Shown: positions 29,193 through 40,516, counted from the whole stretch's first letter. The stretch is 63,598 nt of DNA, filler included, from 8 parts of 8 records of this genome joined end to end with filler, not necessarily neighbours in it; one strand, 5' to 3'. A program made the numbers and translations. Notes: generated from the letters alone by a model not told the origin.

Positions 29193-30328
29193 CCGTCTGC
29201 GCAAATACGGTAATAAAAGAAGCCAGGCCCGACACCATGAGGAGCCTGCTTGAAGAAACGATTAACCAGGACGCCTCGGACCTGCACCTCACCGCCGACA
29301 TGCCTCCGGTATTTAGAATCAAGGGCGACCTGGCGCCCATGCAGTGCGACCCGTTCATGCCGGAAGAACTGGAACACATTCTGGCTGAAATCATGACTCC
29401 ACGGCATAAATCCGTGCTCCAGGAAAAGCAATCCGTGGACTTTGCCGTCAGCGTTAACGAGGCCGGCCGCTTTCGCGTTGCCGCGTATTACCAGCGAGGA
29501 GCATTGTCCGTGGCCATTCGGCAGCTCCATGCGGGAATCCCGACTTTTGAGAGTTTAGGTCTGCCGGAAAGCATTGCCGGACTTTCCAAAATGCGCGACG
29601 GCCTGATTCTGGTCACCGGGGTCACGGGTTCAGGAAAATCAACCACCCTGGCAACCATACTGGACGACATCAATGCCAAGTCAAGCCGTAATATAATTAC
29701 CATTGAGGATCCCATCGAATACATCCATCAGAACAATCGCAGCCTCATACATCAAAGAGAGCTTCACACGGATGTGCCCTCGTTCGCGGACGCATTAAGG
29801 GATTCCCTGCGGGCAGACCCGGACGTTATTCTGGTCGGCGAGATGAGGGACCTGGAAACAATGAGGACGGCGATCATGGCCGCGGAAACAGGTCACCTGG
29901 TCTTTTCCACGCTTCACTCGCGGGACTGCGTGTCTACCATAAATCGTCTGGTCGGGGCTTTCCCGGCCGGTGAACAGGCTCAAATACGCCAGCAGCTTTC
30001 ATCAACACTTAAAGCGGTGATTTCCCAGCGCTTGCTGCCGAACGCTTCAAAAACCGGCAGGACGCCTGCGGTGGAAGTCATGATCTCAACCCCGGGCATC
30101 GCCAACCTGATTCGCCAAGGCAAGGACGACATGATCTATTCAAACATTGAGACCGGAATTCAACACGGAATGCAGACCATGGAGCAAAGCCTGATCAATC
30201 TCATTAACAGTGGAAAAATAGGTTTGGAAACAGGATTGGGCGCCGCTCGTAGCGAAAGCCTGCTGCGCCGGCGCCTGACCATTAAGCATGGATCCCGTGC
30301 ACCAGGGTCAAGTAAAATTTATCGGTAA
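29189..30328 (+). CDS. pilT: Type IV pilus retraction ATPase PilT
   Basis: ASDLHL, GVTGSGKSTT, TIEDPIE, GEMRD, TGHLVFSTLH, AIRNLIRE-like GIANLIRQ. Confidence 0.88.
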   Translation: MTVCANTVIKEARPDTMRSLLEETINQDASDLHLTADMPPVFRIKGDLAPMQCDPFMPEELEHILAEIMTPRHKSVLQEKQSVDFAVSVNEAGRFRVAAYYQRGALSVAIRQLHAGIPTFESLGLPESIAGLSKMRDGLILVTGVTGSGKSTTLATILDDINAKSSRNIITIEDPIEYIHQNNRSLIHQRELHTDVPSFADALRDSLRADPDVILVGEMRDLETMRTAIMAAETGHLVFSTLHSRDCVSTINRLVGAFPAGEQAQIRQQLSSTLKAVISQRLLPNASKTGRTPAVEVMISTPGIANLIRQGKDDMIYSNIETGIQHGMQTMEQSLINLINSGKIGLETGLGAARSESLLRRRLTIKHGSRAPGSSKIYR

Positions 30329-30342
30329 ATGGTGTAATGTAA

Positions 30343-31992
30343 ATGCCTCGAAATAGAAAACTATTCGGCGAATATCTTGTGGAGAAAGGCGCCTTTGGCC
30401 GGGAAGAACTGACCCGGATTTTATTAGCCCAACGCCTTGTTCGGTCGCCTTTGGGAACCACGGCGGTTCGAGAAGGTCTTATCACGGAAGATCAGCTTAC
30501 GGAATACCTGGGGGACTTCTGGAATATTCCGGTGTTTGACGGCGCCTGGGAAGATATTGATAAAGACGTTTACCAGGCCGTTCCCATGAAATTGGCCCTT
30601 AAAGCCAATATACTGCCCGTCGGGAACGGGGAAAACGGCGAGTTGCTTATTGCCTGCGCCGGCCCGCTTTCCAGAACAATGATCCAGACCATTTCCCGGC
30701 TGACCAAGCGGCAAATAAAGCTGGTGCTGACTTCTTCAAACAAGCTGAAAAAAATGCAGAACCATTTTTTCAGCCGCAATTTTGACACATCAATACAGAT
30801 GACCGCGCGGACGGATGCCGAAGATACAAGCTTTATTATTGAACTGTTTGAAAAGCTGATGCTGAGGGCCATCAACCAGGGCGCCTCAGACATACACGTC
30901 GAACCGGATATGGATTCACTGGTTATCCGGTATAGGGTAGACGGCATGCTGATTAAAACCGAGGTTCTTCCGTATGAACTATCATCACGCCTGGTATCCC
31001 GAATCAAGGTTATGGCCGGAATGGATATTGCCGAACGCCGCAAACCCCAGGACGGCGCATTCTATTTCACGCCCAAAGCTCTGGACGTAACCATTGACGG
31101 TGTAAACGTGAGGGTCAATACACTGCCGGTCATCAATGGTGAAAAAGCGGTTTTAAGGCTGCTCCCTCCCCATGACGAGACGATAGAACTGGACAACCTG
31201 GGCATGAATGACCTTATGCTGGATCATTTTAAGAATTACCTGCGTACGCCGCACGGCATCATTCTCGTTACCGGCCCCACAGGGTCCGGAAAATCAACCA
31301 CTCTTTACGGCGCCTTGCAGATGGTGCGGGACGAAACAACCAATATCACCACTATTGAAGACCCGGTGGAGCTGTCGGTCCGCGGCGTCAACCAGACCCA
31401 GGTGGACACAGGGGAAAAAATGTCGTTTGCCGACGCTCTGCGGGCCATTTTACGGCAGGATCCCGACATCATAATGATCGGCGAGATAAGGGACGCGGAA
31501 ACCCTTAGAATCGCCCTAAGATCGGCCATAACGGGTCACCTTGTCCTTTCATCCCTGCATACCAACGACGCTCCCAGCGCCTTCAGTCGCATGGTCGACA
31601 TGGGGGCGGAGCCCTTTTTGGCGGCTGCCTCCGTTAGAGCAGTGCTGGCCCAACGTTTGGTGCGCACGGTTTGCAGTACGTGCGGCCAAACCATGGACAT
31701 TACCAAGGCTGAAATGCAAATGCTCGGAATAGAAGGCGAGCCGTTTCCGATCAGGCGGGGGACAGGTTGTCCGGGATGCCACATGGGCTATCGGGGAAGG
31801 CTGGGGATTTTCGAACTGCTTGAAGTTGATGACGAATTAAAAGGGCAAATTCTCCAGGAAACCGATTTTGAAAACCTCAGGCAGGCGGCCATGGAAATGA
31901 AAAATTTCAAAACACTACGACAGGACGGCATCGCCAAGGTTCGGCAAGGCCTGACCACGCCGGAAGAAATAATCAGGGTGACCACGGATTAA
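30343..31992 (+). CDS. pilB: GspE/PilB-family assembly ATPase with MshEN-like N-terminus
   Basis: ASDIHVEP, GPTGSGKST, LRQDPDIIMIGEIRD, CxxC...CxxC zinc motif. Confidence 0.85.
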   Translation: MPRNRKLFGEYLVEKGAFGREELTRILLAQRLVRSPLGTTAVREGLITEDQLTEYLGDFWNIPVFDGAWEDIDKDVYQAVPMKLALKANILPVGNGENGELLIACAGPLSRTMIQTISRLTKRQIKLVLTSSNKLKKMQNHFFSRNFDTSIQMTARTDAEDTSFIIELFEKLMLRAINQGASDIHVEPDMDSLVIRYRVDGMLIKTEVLPYELSSRLVSRIKVMAGMDIAERRKPQDGAFYFTPKALDVTIDGVNVRVNTLPVINGEKAVLRLLPPHDETIELDNLGMNDLMLDHFKNYLRTPHGIILVTGPTGSGKSTTLYGALQMVRDETTNITTIEDPVELSVRGVNQTQVDTGEKMSFADALRAILRQDPDIIMIGEIRDAETLRIALRSAITGHLVLSSLHTNDAPSAFSRMVDMGAEPFLAAASVRAVLAQRLVRTVCSTCGQTMDITKAEMQMLGIEGEPFPIRRGTGCPGCHMGYRGRLGIFELLEVDDELKGQILQETDFENLRQAAMEMKNFKTLRQDGIAKVRQGLTTPEEIIRVTTD

Positions 31993-32040
31993 CGCATACC
32001 CGCCGCTGTTAAAACGGAAGCGACCACACAAAGGAACTGA

Positions 32041-33252
32041 ATGCCCAGTTACAAGTTTAAGGCCATAGACAAAAACGGCGACACTGAACGCGGGACCATA
32101 ACCGCCGGCGAAGTTGAAGCAGCCGTTGAGCAGCTACGTTCCAGAGGCCTGACGGTAAGCGAAATCAACGAAACAAGCGGAAGTCCCGGAAAGGGCGGCT
32201 TAAAGGGGCTGGCGTCCATAGGAATGGTCGGAACCAGGGAAGTCGTCCTGTTTTTTCGCATGTTTTCCGCCCTGGTTAATTCCGGCGTGACCATATCATC
32301 GGCCATGGATATTCTTTATGAACAGGAAGAAAACCGTAAATTCAAACGAGTGCTGGATGACATACGGACCAAAATTGAAGGCGGAGATCCTTTGAGCGCC
32401 GCCCTGACCGACCATCCCCGAATATTTCCAAACGTGGTTACAAACATGGTCAGGGCCGGGGAAATGGGCGGTATTCTCGACGTGGTGCTCGAACGAATTT
32501 CCGACTACCTGGAAAGCAAGGCCGCCCTCAGGACCAAAATGATCATCAGCATGATCTATCCTTCGGTGGTAGTGGTTGTAGCCGCGGTTGTGGTGATTTT
32601 CCTGGTAACTTTTGTCATTCCAAAGTTTTCCGCTCTAATGGGAGGAAGAAAGCTCCCGTCCGCCACTCAGAATATTCTGGATATCGCGGAATTTTTAACC
32701 AACAACGCCCTGACTATCATCATCTCCATTGTCGGGGCCTTGGGAATAATGATCGCCCTGATGGCCGTCCCGGCCACGCGTTTCTATATCGATCGATACA
32801 AGATCTATATTCCGGTCATTGGCCCGATTTTTCTATACGGGGTGATCGTACAGTTCGCCAAGACCCTGTCTTCCCTGTTGGAAAGCGGCATCACGCTTGT
32901 GGACGCGCTCCAGGCTACGGCCGACACGGTAACTAATGAAGCCATGCGTATACAGATCGCACTTATGAACGACAAGGTTTTAGCCGGGGAGCCTCTATCT
33001 GACGCCTTTGAAAACGATAGCATGTTCACGCCCATCGTCAAGGCCATGGTTAGAATCGGAGAACATTCGGGCCTGATGGACCAGGCCATGAATACCGTGG
33101 GGCAACTGCATGAAAAGATCCTGCAGGACAAGATTGCTCGAATGAGCGCAATGATCGAACCCATATTGATTGTTTCACTGGGCGGCATTGTCGGCTATGT
33201 CGCCTGGGGCCTGGTGGCCGGAATGCTGGCCATGTACACGTCTTCAACTTGA
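32041..33252 (+). CDS. pilC: GspF/PilC inner-membrane platform protein
   Basis: GE.GG.LD, YP..V and IEP motifs, three TM segments. Confidence 0.88.
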   Translation: MPSYKFKAIDKNGDTERGTITAGEVEAAVEQLRSRGLTVSEINETSGSPGKGGLKGLASIGMVGTREVVLFFRMFSALVNSGVTISSAMDILYEQEENRKFKRVLDDIRTKIEGGDPLSAALTDHPRIFPNVVTNMVRAGEMGGILDVVLERISDYLESKAALRTKMIISMIYPSVVVVVAAVVVIFLVTFVIPKFSALMGGRKLPSATQNILDIAEFLTNNALTIIISIVGALGIMIALMAVPATRFYIDRYKIYIPVIGPIFLYGVIVQFAKTLSSLLESGITLVDALQATADTVTNEAMRIQIALMNDKVLAGEPLSDAFENDSMFTPIVKAMVRIGEHSGLMDQAMNTVGQLHEKILQDKIARMSAMIEPILIVSLGGIVGYVAWGLVAGMLAMYTSST

Positions 33253-33300
33253 GAGACAGTTTCAGCAGCCGGATAAATAAAATAGAAAACAGGATAAAAA

Positions 33301-33868
33301 ATGAAAAATTCCAAACAGCTTTACTCCATACTGATAATTTTCGTATTGATTACCGGTTTGGCAATTGGCCTGACAGGATATTTTGACGGGGAAGATGACA
33401 GCCGGACCGCAATCACGTATGACGGCGGAAGTCTTACGCTGGATGACCTTGATGCACATTATAAAAAAATGAAAAAAGAGCCCCGTTTTCGAAAAAACCA
33501 AATCGAGCTCACGCCCGAGTTTGCCTTTGATCATGCCATTAATATGGAAATGATTATTGCAGAGGGTTTGAAGAGAAAGCTTCATCAGGATCCCCGTGTA
33601 AGAATGGAAATTCATGGCTTTATGGCCGACCTGTTTTTAAAGATCCTGCAGGACAGCCTCGTACCGAAAATTGACCCCAAAGCTTTTACAGATGAGGAAT
33701 TGCGAGCTTATTTCAACGCTCACCCTGAAAGCTATCAAAAACCGGCCTTATACGACGTGCATCTCATAAAGGGCGGCGACAAGGACGACATCGAGCTCAT
33801 CCTGAAGGAAATAGAAGAAGGAAAGGTCACTTTTGAAGAAGCCGCCTGCCTTTACTCCACCGATAAAA
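33301..33868 (+). CDS. SurA/PpiC-like peptidyl-prolyl isomerase family protein, 3' truncated
   Basis: N-terminal TM; DEELRAYFNAHPESY..P; FEEAACLYSTD. Confidence 0.65.
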
Positions 33869-33968
33869 NNNNNNNNNNNNNNNNNNNNNNNNNNNNNNNN
33901 NNNNNNNNNNNNTTAATTAATTAANNNNNNNNNNNNNNNNNNNNNNNNNNNNNNNNNNNNNNNNNNNN
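33869..33968. other. Artificial contig spacer
   Basis: N44-TTAATTAATTAA-N44. Confidence 0.99.
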
Positions 33969-34015
33969 CATTACAACCACGGCTCCCCGGAGAACCTTTT
34001 TTTTGAAGTTCTTTT

Positions 34016-34657
34016 TTAGCCCAATTTTTTCCAATCCGCCAAAAAATTCTCCAAACCGATATCGGTTAAGGGGTGCTTGATGAGCTGCCGAATAACTTTC
34101 AATGGAATCGTGGAAATATCAGCCCCAACCAGGGCGGCATCCAGGACGTGTGTCGGATTTCGCACACTGGCAACGATGATTTCCGTATCATAAGCGTAGT
34201 TTTCATAGATGACGGCGATCTGCTCCACCAGATCCATCCCCACGAAACTGATATCATCAAGTCGTCCCACAAAAGGGCTGATATAGGCGGCCCCCGCCTT
34301 TGCGGCCATCAATGCCTGGACCGGAGAAAAACAGAGGGTCACATTGGTTTTGATCCCTTTCCCGGTCAGCACTTTCACAGCCTTCAATCCCTCTTCAATG
34401 AGGGGCACTTTGATGACAATATTATCTGCCAGATCCGCCAGATCCTGAGCTTCCTCAACCATTTTGTCCGCCTCAAGGCTGACAACCTCCGCATTGACAG
34501 GCCCCGAAACAAGCGCACAAATCTCCTTAATCAGTCCTTTAAATTCTCGTCCCTCTCTGGCCACCAGGCTAGGGTTGGTTGTGACGCCATCCACCATACC
34601 CAAATCATTTGCTTCTTTAATCTCATCAATGTTCGCCGTATCAATAAAAAACTTCAT
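34016..34657 (-). CDS. fsa: Transaldolase / fructose-6-phosphate aldolase family (TalC)
   Basis: [27 protein letters not shown]. Confidence 0.95.
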   Translation of the reverse strand: MKFFIDTANIDEIKEANDLGMVDGVTTNPSLVAREGREFKGLIKEICALVSGPVNAEVVSLEADKMVEEAQDLADLADNIVIKVPLIEEGLKAVKVLTGKGIKTNVTLCFSPVQALMAAKAGAAYISPFVGRLDDISFVGMDLVEQIAVIYENYAYDTEIIVASVRNPTHVLDAALVGADISTIPLKVIRQLIKHPLTDIGLENFLADWKKLG

Positions 34658-34773
34658 AGATATCTCCCACTCCGGTTAGCCCGGCATCGAAAAAGGCACA
34701 AAAACGCCTGAGTTAAAATCCACTACCGATGAGTGCCATTCACCTTCCAATTTATTTTATAACATAAACCCTT

Positions 34774-35016
34774 TCATTTTTTGCGTCGAAATTCATCAAC
34801 GCACGCCTGGCTGCAAAAAAAATATGTTTCCCCATCCACAGTTTTTCTGATGGCGCCGCCCTTTGGAATATAGGTCAGGCAATTGGGGTCCTGAACCATC
34901 TCATCCACAGGCCCTGAACCGGTATTTCCGCGGTCCCCGCCGCCCGATAGGCGCACTTTCTGAATAAATCGGAAAATAAAATAAGCCAGAATTCCAAAAA
35001 TAAGCAGTTTCAGCAT
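34774..35016 (-). CDS. Small membrane-anchored YHS/TRASH domain protein
   Basis: N-terminal TM; MVQDPNC..YIP...YFFCS..C. Confidence 0.8.
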   Translation of the reverse strand: MLKLLIFGILAYFIFRFIQKVRLSGGGDRGNTGSGPVDEMVQDPNCLTYIPKGGAIRKTVDGETYFFCSQACVDEFRRKK

Positions 35017-35511
35017 TCAGGACCTCTCATAAGTTTCCACTGCCTGACCATTCTCCGAAAGGGCGCCTGCCAGTTCCCGCATGGGCCGGCCCAAAACCGG
35101 GTGAATCAAGTCGGGCGCTATCTGCAACAAAGGCGTCAGCACAAAACGCCTCAGGTGCATCAGCGGATGGGGAACAATCAAGTGAGGCTTATGAATGATA
35201 CAGGCACCAAACAGCAGAATATCCAGATCGATGACCCTTGCATCCCACTTTTTCCGCCTCACCCGGCCCATATCCGTTTCAATCTTAAGAAGATGTTTGA
35301 GCAATGTACCGGCTGAAAGTTCCGTATCCACACACACAACACCGTTCACAAAGGTATCCTGTCCTTCAACCCCCACCGGCTCAGTCCGGTAAAAGGGCGA
35401 TTGTAACCTCACTGAACACCCTTCCAGTCGTCCCATGAGGGAAATGGCCTTTTCGCAATTATCGATTTTATGACCGATATTTGATCCGATACCGATATAA
35501 ACGCTTTCCAT
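35017..35511 (-). CDS. folK: 2-amino-4-hydroxy-6-hydroxymethyldihydropteridine diphosphokinase
   Basis: YIGIGSN, R.IDLDIL, PHP.M..R.FVL.PL. Confidence 0.95.
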   Translation of the reverse strand: MESVYIGIGSNIGHKIDNCEKAISLMGRLEGCSVRLQSPFYRTEPVGVEGQDTFVNGVVCVDTELSAGTLLKHLLKIETDMGRVRRKKWDARVIDLDILLFGACIIHKPHLIVPHPLMHLRRFVLTPLLQIAPDLIHPVLGRPMRELAGALSENGQAVETYERS

Positions 35512-35533
35512 TGATCCAGCTGCTTTGAAATGC

Positions 35534-36703
35534 CTAGAATTTCAGACCTTTCAATCTTTCAATGGCCTCCCCAAGCCTTTTTCTGTTCTGGGTCAAAGCG
35601 ATGCGGAAATACCCTTCCCCGGGCTCTCCAAAGCCGTTACCGGGAGTCACCACCAGGCCCGCCTCTTCCAGGAGACGGGTCGCAAACGTAGCGGACGTAT
35701 ACCCTTGGGGCACCCCAATCCACAAATAGAAGGTCGCCTTTGGCGGATCCAGCTCAAACCCCGCTTCCCTGAGTCCTCGAACCATCAAGTCCCGCCGACC
35801 TGAATAGATACGGTGCATCTCCGCCACACAGCCCTGATCGCCGGTGATGGCCTCGATCCCTGCCCTTTGCACGGCCTGAAACACACCGGAGTCAATATTG
35901 CTCTTTATGGCGCCGAGCCCTGCAACGCCTTCTGAATTCCCCACGGCGAAACCGATGCGCCAGCCGGTCATATTGTAGGTTTTGGAAAGGGAATGGAACT
36001 CCATACCCACTTCTTTTGCACCATCAACTTCCAGAAAGCTGGGGGGCTCATATCCATCAAAAGCCATCTCCGTATAGGCCGCATCATGGCATACCAAAAT
36101 CCCGTGCTTTTCCGCAAAGGAGACCACACGGCGAAAAAAATCGAGATCCGCCACCGCCGAGGTGGGGTTATTGGGATAATTAATAAACAACAACTTGGCC
36201 CGATCCGCCACATCCTTAGGGATAGCGTCCAGGTCGGGTAAAAAATCATTTTTCCTCAAAAGCGGCATAAAATAGGACTCGCCACCGGCAAAGAGGGTGG
36301 CAATATGGTAAACCGGATAGGCGGGACTGGGTACCAGAGACACATCTCCCGGATTGATAAAGGCCAAGGGGAGATGCGCAATACCTTCTTTGCTCCCGAT
36401 GAGGGAGACCACTTCCGAGCCCGGGTCCAGATCCACGCTGAACCGCTCCCCATACCACCGTGCCACGGTTTCCTTAAAATCGGTCATTCCCGAATAGGAT
36501 GGATACTGGTGATTAGCAGGATCATCAACCGCCCGCTTCATCTCCCCGATGATATGTTCCGGAGTCGGCAGGTCCGGGTCACCCACACCCAGATCAATAA
36601 TATCCACACCTCTGGCCTTTACCTCGGCTTTCTTCCGATCAATCTCTTTAAACAGATAAGGGGGAAGCTGTTTTAAACGTTCGGCCTTTTCAAATCTCTC
36701 CAT
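35534..36703 (-). CDS. dapL: LL-diaminopimelate aminotransferase
   Basis: Class I PLP aminotransferase ([21 protein letters not shown]) within the dap operon. Confidence 0.88.
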   Translation of the reverse strand: MERFEKAERLKQLPPYLFKEIDRKKAEVKARGVDIIDLGVGDPDLPTPEHIIGEMKRAVDDPANHQYPSYSGMTDFKETVARWYGERFSVDLDPGSEVVSLIGSKEGIAHLPLAFINPGDVSLVPSPAYPVYHIATLFAGGESYFMPLLRKNDFLPDLDAIPKDVADRAKLLFINYPNNPTSAVADLDFFRRVVSFAEKHGILVCHDAAYTEMAFDGYEPPSFLEVDGAKEVGMEFHSLSKTYNMTGWRIGFAVGNSEGVAGLGAIKSNIDSGVFQAVQRAGIEAITGDQGCVAEMHRIYSGRRDLMVRGLREAGFELDPPKATFYLWIGVPQGYTSATFATRLLEEAGLVVTPGNGFGEPGEGYFRIALTQNRKRLGEAIERLKGLKF

Positions 36704-36730
36704 TTTTAACCTCGGCAAGCATATTTTCAA

Positions 36731-36773
36731 CCGTTCACGGTTGTCTGTTCATAGACTTTTCAACCGTGAACGG
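36731..36773. repeat. Intergenic 13-bp perfect inverted repeat between dapB and dapL
   Basis: CCGTTCACGGTTG (36731-36743) and CAACCGTGAACGG (36761-36773). Confidence 0.7.
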
Positions 36774-36811
36774 ATGTTTATATTGACATCATCAATTAGG
36801 TCTTCAGTAAC

Positions 36812-37615
36812 TCACTTAAGTCCCAACACATCCTGCATATCATAGAGTCCCGCCATTTGTCCGGTAATCCAGAGGGCTGCCCTTACGGCGCCTCTGGCAA
36901 AATTATCCCGATTATGGGCCCGGTGGGTCAGTTCCAACCGCTCACCGATGCCGCCGAACATGACCGTATGTTCTCCCGCGATATCACCGGCACGCCAGGT
37001 CTGGATGCCGATTTCTTCATCCGTTCGCTCACCGATCATCCCCTTTCGACCATAGACGCCGACTTTTTCCAGATCGCGACCCACCGCGTCGGCCAGGATC
37101 TGTCCCAAGCGCATGGCTGTTCCGCTTGGCGCATCCTTCTTGAGCCGGTGATGGGCCTCAAGGATTTCCATATCGTAATCATTGCCCAGGATTTTCGCCA
37201 TCTCTCCCGCAATTTTGAACATGACATTGACGCCCACACTCATATTGGGCGCCATGACGCATGGAATTTTTCCAGCAAGGGACTTGATCTTTTCCATGCC
37301 GTCTTCAGGGATGCCGGTGGTTCCGATCACCGTGGCAATCCCTTTTTCCGAGGCGCCCCGCATGTTTTGAAGGGTGCTTTCCGGCTGGGTGAAATCAATC
37401 AACACATGCGAGCCGTTGATGGCCTCATCAAGGGATCCGCAGATCTTAACACCCAGCTCACCGATGCCGGCGATGGATCCCGCATCTTTCCCCACATTTT
37501 CGTGTTCGGGATGTTCAAAGGCGCCCGCCAACTCGCTTCCGGGGTTCTGGTGAACCATGTCCACGATTCTCCCCCCCATGCGACCGGCAGCGCCCGCAAC
37601 GGTTATTCTAATCAT
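36812..37615 (-). CDS. dapB: 4-hydroxy-tetrahydrodipicolinate reductase
   Basis: GAAGRMG; EAHHRLKKDAPSGTA. Confidence 0.97.
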   Translation of the reverse strand: MIRITVAGAAGRMGGRIVDMVHQNPGSELAGAFEHPEHENVGKDAGSIAGIGELGVKICGSLDEAINGSHVLIDFTQPESTLQNMRGASEKGIATVIGTTGIPEDGMEKIKSLAGKIPCVMAPNMSVGVNVMFKIAGEMAKILGNDYDMEILEAHHRLKKDAPSGTAMRLGQILADAVGRDLEKVGVYGRKGMIGERTDEEIGIQTWRAGDIAGEHTVMFGGIGERLELTHRAHNRDNFARGAVRAALWITGQMAGLYDMQDVLGLK

Positions 37616-37654
37616 GATTTAACCTCCATGATTTCTCTTTCTTTCGTGTTGGCT

Positions 37655-38527
37655 TCACATAAGGTTGTAATCCGCAAGCACCGTTTTCAATTTTTCCAGG
37701 TTGGCGGACGACATGGGGCAGAGGGGCAATCTCATTTCATCCCCAATCAAACCCATCAATGCTGCAGCCGTTTTCACCGGTATGGGGTTGGTTTCAAAAA
37801 ACATGGCTTTACACAGGGGCAGCAATTTATAGAAGAGTGTTCTGGCCTCATCCACATCTCCACGGGTCCAGGCTTTCACCAGATTGGCGCTAAGCCCGGG
37901 AGCGATATTGGCCACAACGGAAATCACCCCTTTCCCGCCAAGGGCAAGTATGGGCAGGGTCAGGTTGTCGTCGCCGCTTAGCAGGGTAATCCGGTCCCCT
38001 GCCAATTGAACAATTTCCGCCATCTGGCCCACATTCCCGGATGCTTCCTTGATGGCGACGATTTCAGGAAATTCCGCCAACCTTGCCACCGTCTCGGGAA
38101 GCATGTTAACGCTGGTTCGGCCGGGCACATTATAAAGGATCTGGGGAAGGGGGACCGCTTTTAGAATGGCTTCGTAATGCCGGAAAAGGCCCTCCTGCGT
38201 GGGTTTGTTGTAATAGGGCGTCACCTGAAGGGTCGCGTCCGCCCCCACTTCCTTGGCGTGCCCGGAAAGGGCAATGGCCTCGCCGGTGCTGTTCCCACCG
38301 GTGCCGGCTATGACGGGAACCCGTTTGTTTACCGCCTCCACAGCGATATCGATCACCCTGGCATGTTCATCCACATCCAGGGTTGCCGATTCTCCGGTAG
38401 TACCACACGGAACAATGGCGCTCGTGCCGTTTTCGATTTGAAATTCAATGAGTTTACGATACGCTTCTTCATCCACCCGACCATTTTTGAAAGGGGTCAC
38501 GATTGCAACGATAGAGCCTTCAAACAT
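37655..38527 (-). CDS. dapA: 4-hydroxy-tetrahydrodipicolinate synthase
   Basis: GTTGES, PYYNKP, YNVPGRT, IKEASG. Confidence 0.97.
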   Translation of the reverse strand: MFEGSIVAIVTPFKNGRVDEEAYRKLIEFQIENGTSAIVPCGTTGESATLDVDEHARVIDIAVEAVNKRVPVIAGTGGNSTGEAIALSGHAKEVGADATLQVTPYYNKPTQEGLFRHYEAILKAVPLPQILYNVPGRTSVNMLPETVARLAEFPEIVAIKEASGNVGQMAEIVQLAGDRITLLSGDDNLTLPILALGGKGVISVVANIAPGLSANLVKAWTRGDVDEARTLFYKLLPLCKAMFFETNPIPVKTAAALMGLIGDEMRLPLCPMSSANLEKLKTVLADYNLM

Positions 38528-38592
38528 AAGGAATCTCCTTTTCTGGTTCTTCTTAGGTTCATTGATCGAAACACGCCGAACATACCGAATGC

Positions 38593-39423
38593 TTACAGCG
38601 CTTCATCATGAAGCGTCGCCTTGTAGATAACGGACGTGTTCCCTTGAAGCCAAATCCGTTCGCCGGTCCCCACATCAAGACCCTCGCTGTTTAAGTGGAC
38701 TGTCAAGATTTCGCCACCCCGCGTGTGAACTTTAACCGGAGATACCACCATGCCGCGACGTGATGCCATCAGTGCAGAGGCGATGGCCCCCGTTCCACAT
38801 GCCAGGGTTTCGTCTTCCACCCCCCGTTCATAGGTTCTGACCGCCAATTCATCAGACCCCATACGGGTCATGAAATTGGCGTTCGTTCCTTCAGGAGAAA
38901 ACCGTTTATGGTAGCGGATCTTGCGACCCTGATCCGTGACGGCATGATTTTCCAGGGTCCTCACTTGAACCACCACGTGGGGCACCCCGGTGTTCACAAA
39001 ATCACAGCTTCGCCAACCCGGCATGGATTCCATATCCACATCCATCATCTCGTTTTGGGGCTTTGGCATCAGCACCTTGACCACACGGCCCTCCACCTGG
39101 GCGGAGATGGGGCCCACACGTGTTTCGAAGGTCATTTCGGAACCGGCGATCCCCTTTAAGAAGGCGAAACGGGAGACGCATCGTCCGCCGTTGCCGCACA
39201 TTTCCACCTCCCCACCGTCCGCATTAAAGAACCGCCATCCAAAATCATATTTTTCGGAGTCCGTCACAAATATAACGCCATCGGCCCCCACGGATTCCCT
39301 GCGACGGCAGGACCGTTCCACAAACCGGCCCATGTCCTGTTCCGCCACAACCCCGTCCCGGTTATCAACGAGAATGAAATCATTACCGCTGCCGCTCATT
39401 TTCCAGAATTCAACGGGTTCCAT
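38593..39423 (-). CDS. dapF: Diaminopimelate epimerase
   Basis: KMSGSGNDF, EMCGNG, ERGVE.ETLACGTG. Confidence 0.97.
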   Translation of the reverse strand: MEPVEFWKMSGSGNDFILVDNRDGVVAEQDMGRFVERSCRRRESVGADGVIFVTDSEKYDFGWRFFNADGGEVEMCGNGGRCVSRFAFLKGIAGSEMTFETRVGPISAQVEGRVVKVLMPKPQNEMMDVDMESMPGWRSCDFVNTGVPHVVVQVRTLENHAVTDQGRKIRYHKRFSPEGTNANFMTRMGSDELAVRTYERGVEDETLACGTGAIASALMASRRGMVVSPVKVHTRGGEILTVHLNSEGLDVGTGERIWLQGNTSVIYKATLHDEAL

Positions 39424-39452
39424 TTTTCACTCCGGTCCTGAATAGATCCACT

Positions 39453-40516
39453 TCAATCCACCGCCAGGAAATCGGGTATGGATTCCCCTCGCACAAGATC
39501 CTCAAAGGTCTCCCGCTGTCGAATGATCTCAAAGCGGTCTTCCTTGACCATCACCTCACATACCCGGGGCCTCGAATTATAGGTGGACGACATGCTGAAA
39601 CCATAAGCACCCGCACTCATGACGGCAATCAAGTCTTCCGGGGCCAAAGGTTCCAACTCTCTATCCTTGGCGAGAAAATCGCCGGATTCACAGATGGGCC
39701 CCACAACATCCGCCGTCAGCTTTTCGCCAGGCTTCCGTTTCACCGGCTGAATGCCATGGTAGGCCCCATACAGGCTTGGCCTCATGAGGTCGTTCATGGC
39801 CGCGTCCACCACAAAAAAGTTTTTCTCCTGGCTGGTTTTTTGGTAAAGCATCTTTGTGATCAATGCACCGGCATTGCCCACGATAACGCGCCCCGGTTCC
39901 AGGATCAGGGTCCAGTCCGTTGAAGCCAGCTCTGTTTTAATATCCCGTGCGTATTCGCCGGGGTGCGGCGGCATTTCACTATGGTAGGTAATCCCCAATC
40001 CCCCGCCCAGGTCCAGATAACGGATTGAAATATTCATGTCTTTAAGCTTTGCGATCAGCTTCTTCAGCTTCCTGAGGGCGTCAACAAAGGGGCTTGTTTG
40101 CGTCAACTGGCTGCCGATATGACACGATACACCCACCACCTCCAAACCGTCCAGGGTGGTTGCTTTCTCATATTGCAAAAGCGCCTCCTCAACCCCGATG
40201 CCGAATTTATTCTCCTTGAGACCCGTGGAGATATAGGGGTGGGTCTTGGGGTCCACATCCGGGTTGACCCTGATGGAAATGCGCGCTTTTTTACCGGAAC
40301 GAAGGGCCACGTCATTGAGTTTCAACAACTCCTGGGGGGATTCCGCATTAAACATGAGAATCTGGGATGACACCGCATATTCCAGATCCTGAAGGCTTTT
40401 ACCGACCCCTGAAAAAACAATCTTTTCGGGATCCACGCCGGCGTTCAAAGCCCTGTAAAGCTCACCCCCCGAAACAATATCAACACCGCCGCCGAGACCT
40501 GCGAAAAGCGCCAGAA
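39453..40516 (-). CDS. lysA: Diaminopimelate decarboxylase, 5' truncated
   Basis: HIGSQ, LDLGGG, EPGR, GPICESGD, GAYG. Confidence 0.95.

Noticed and set aside
33969-40516. lysA-dapF-dapA-dapB-dapL-folK-fsa cluster
   Set aside because: Ordinary housekeeping lysine (DapL pathway) region.
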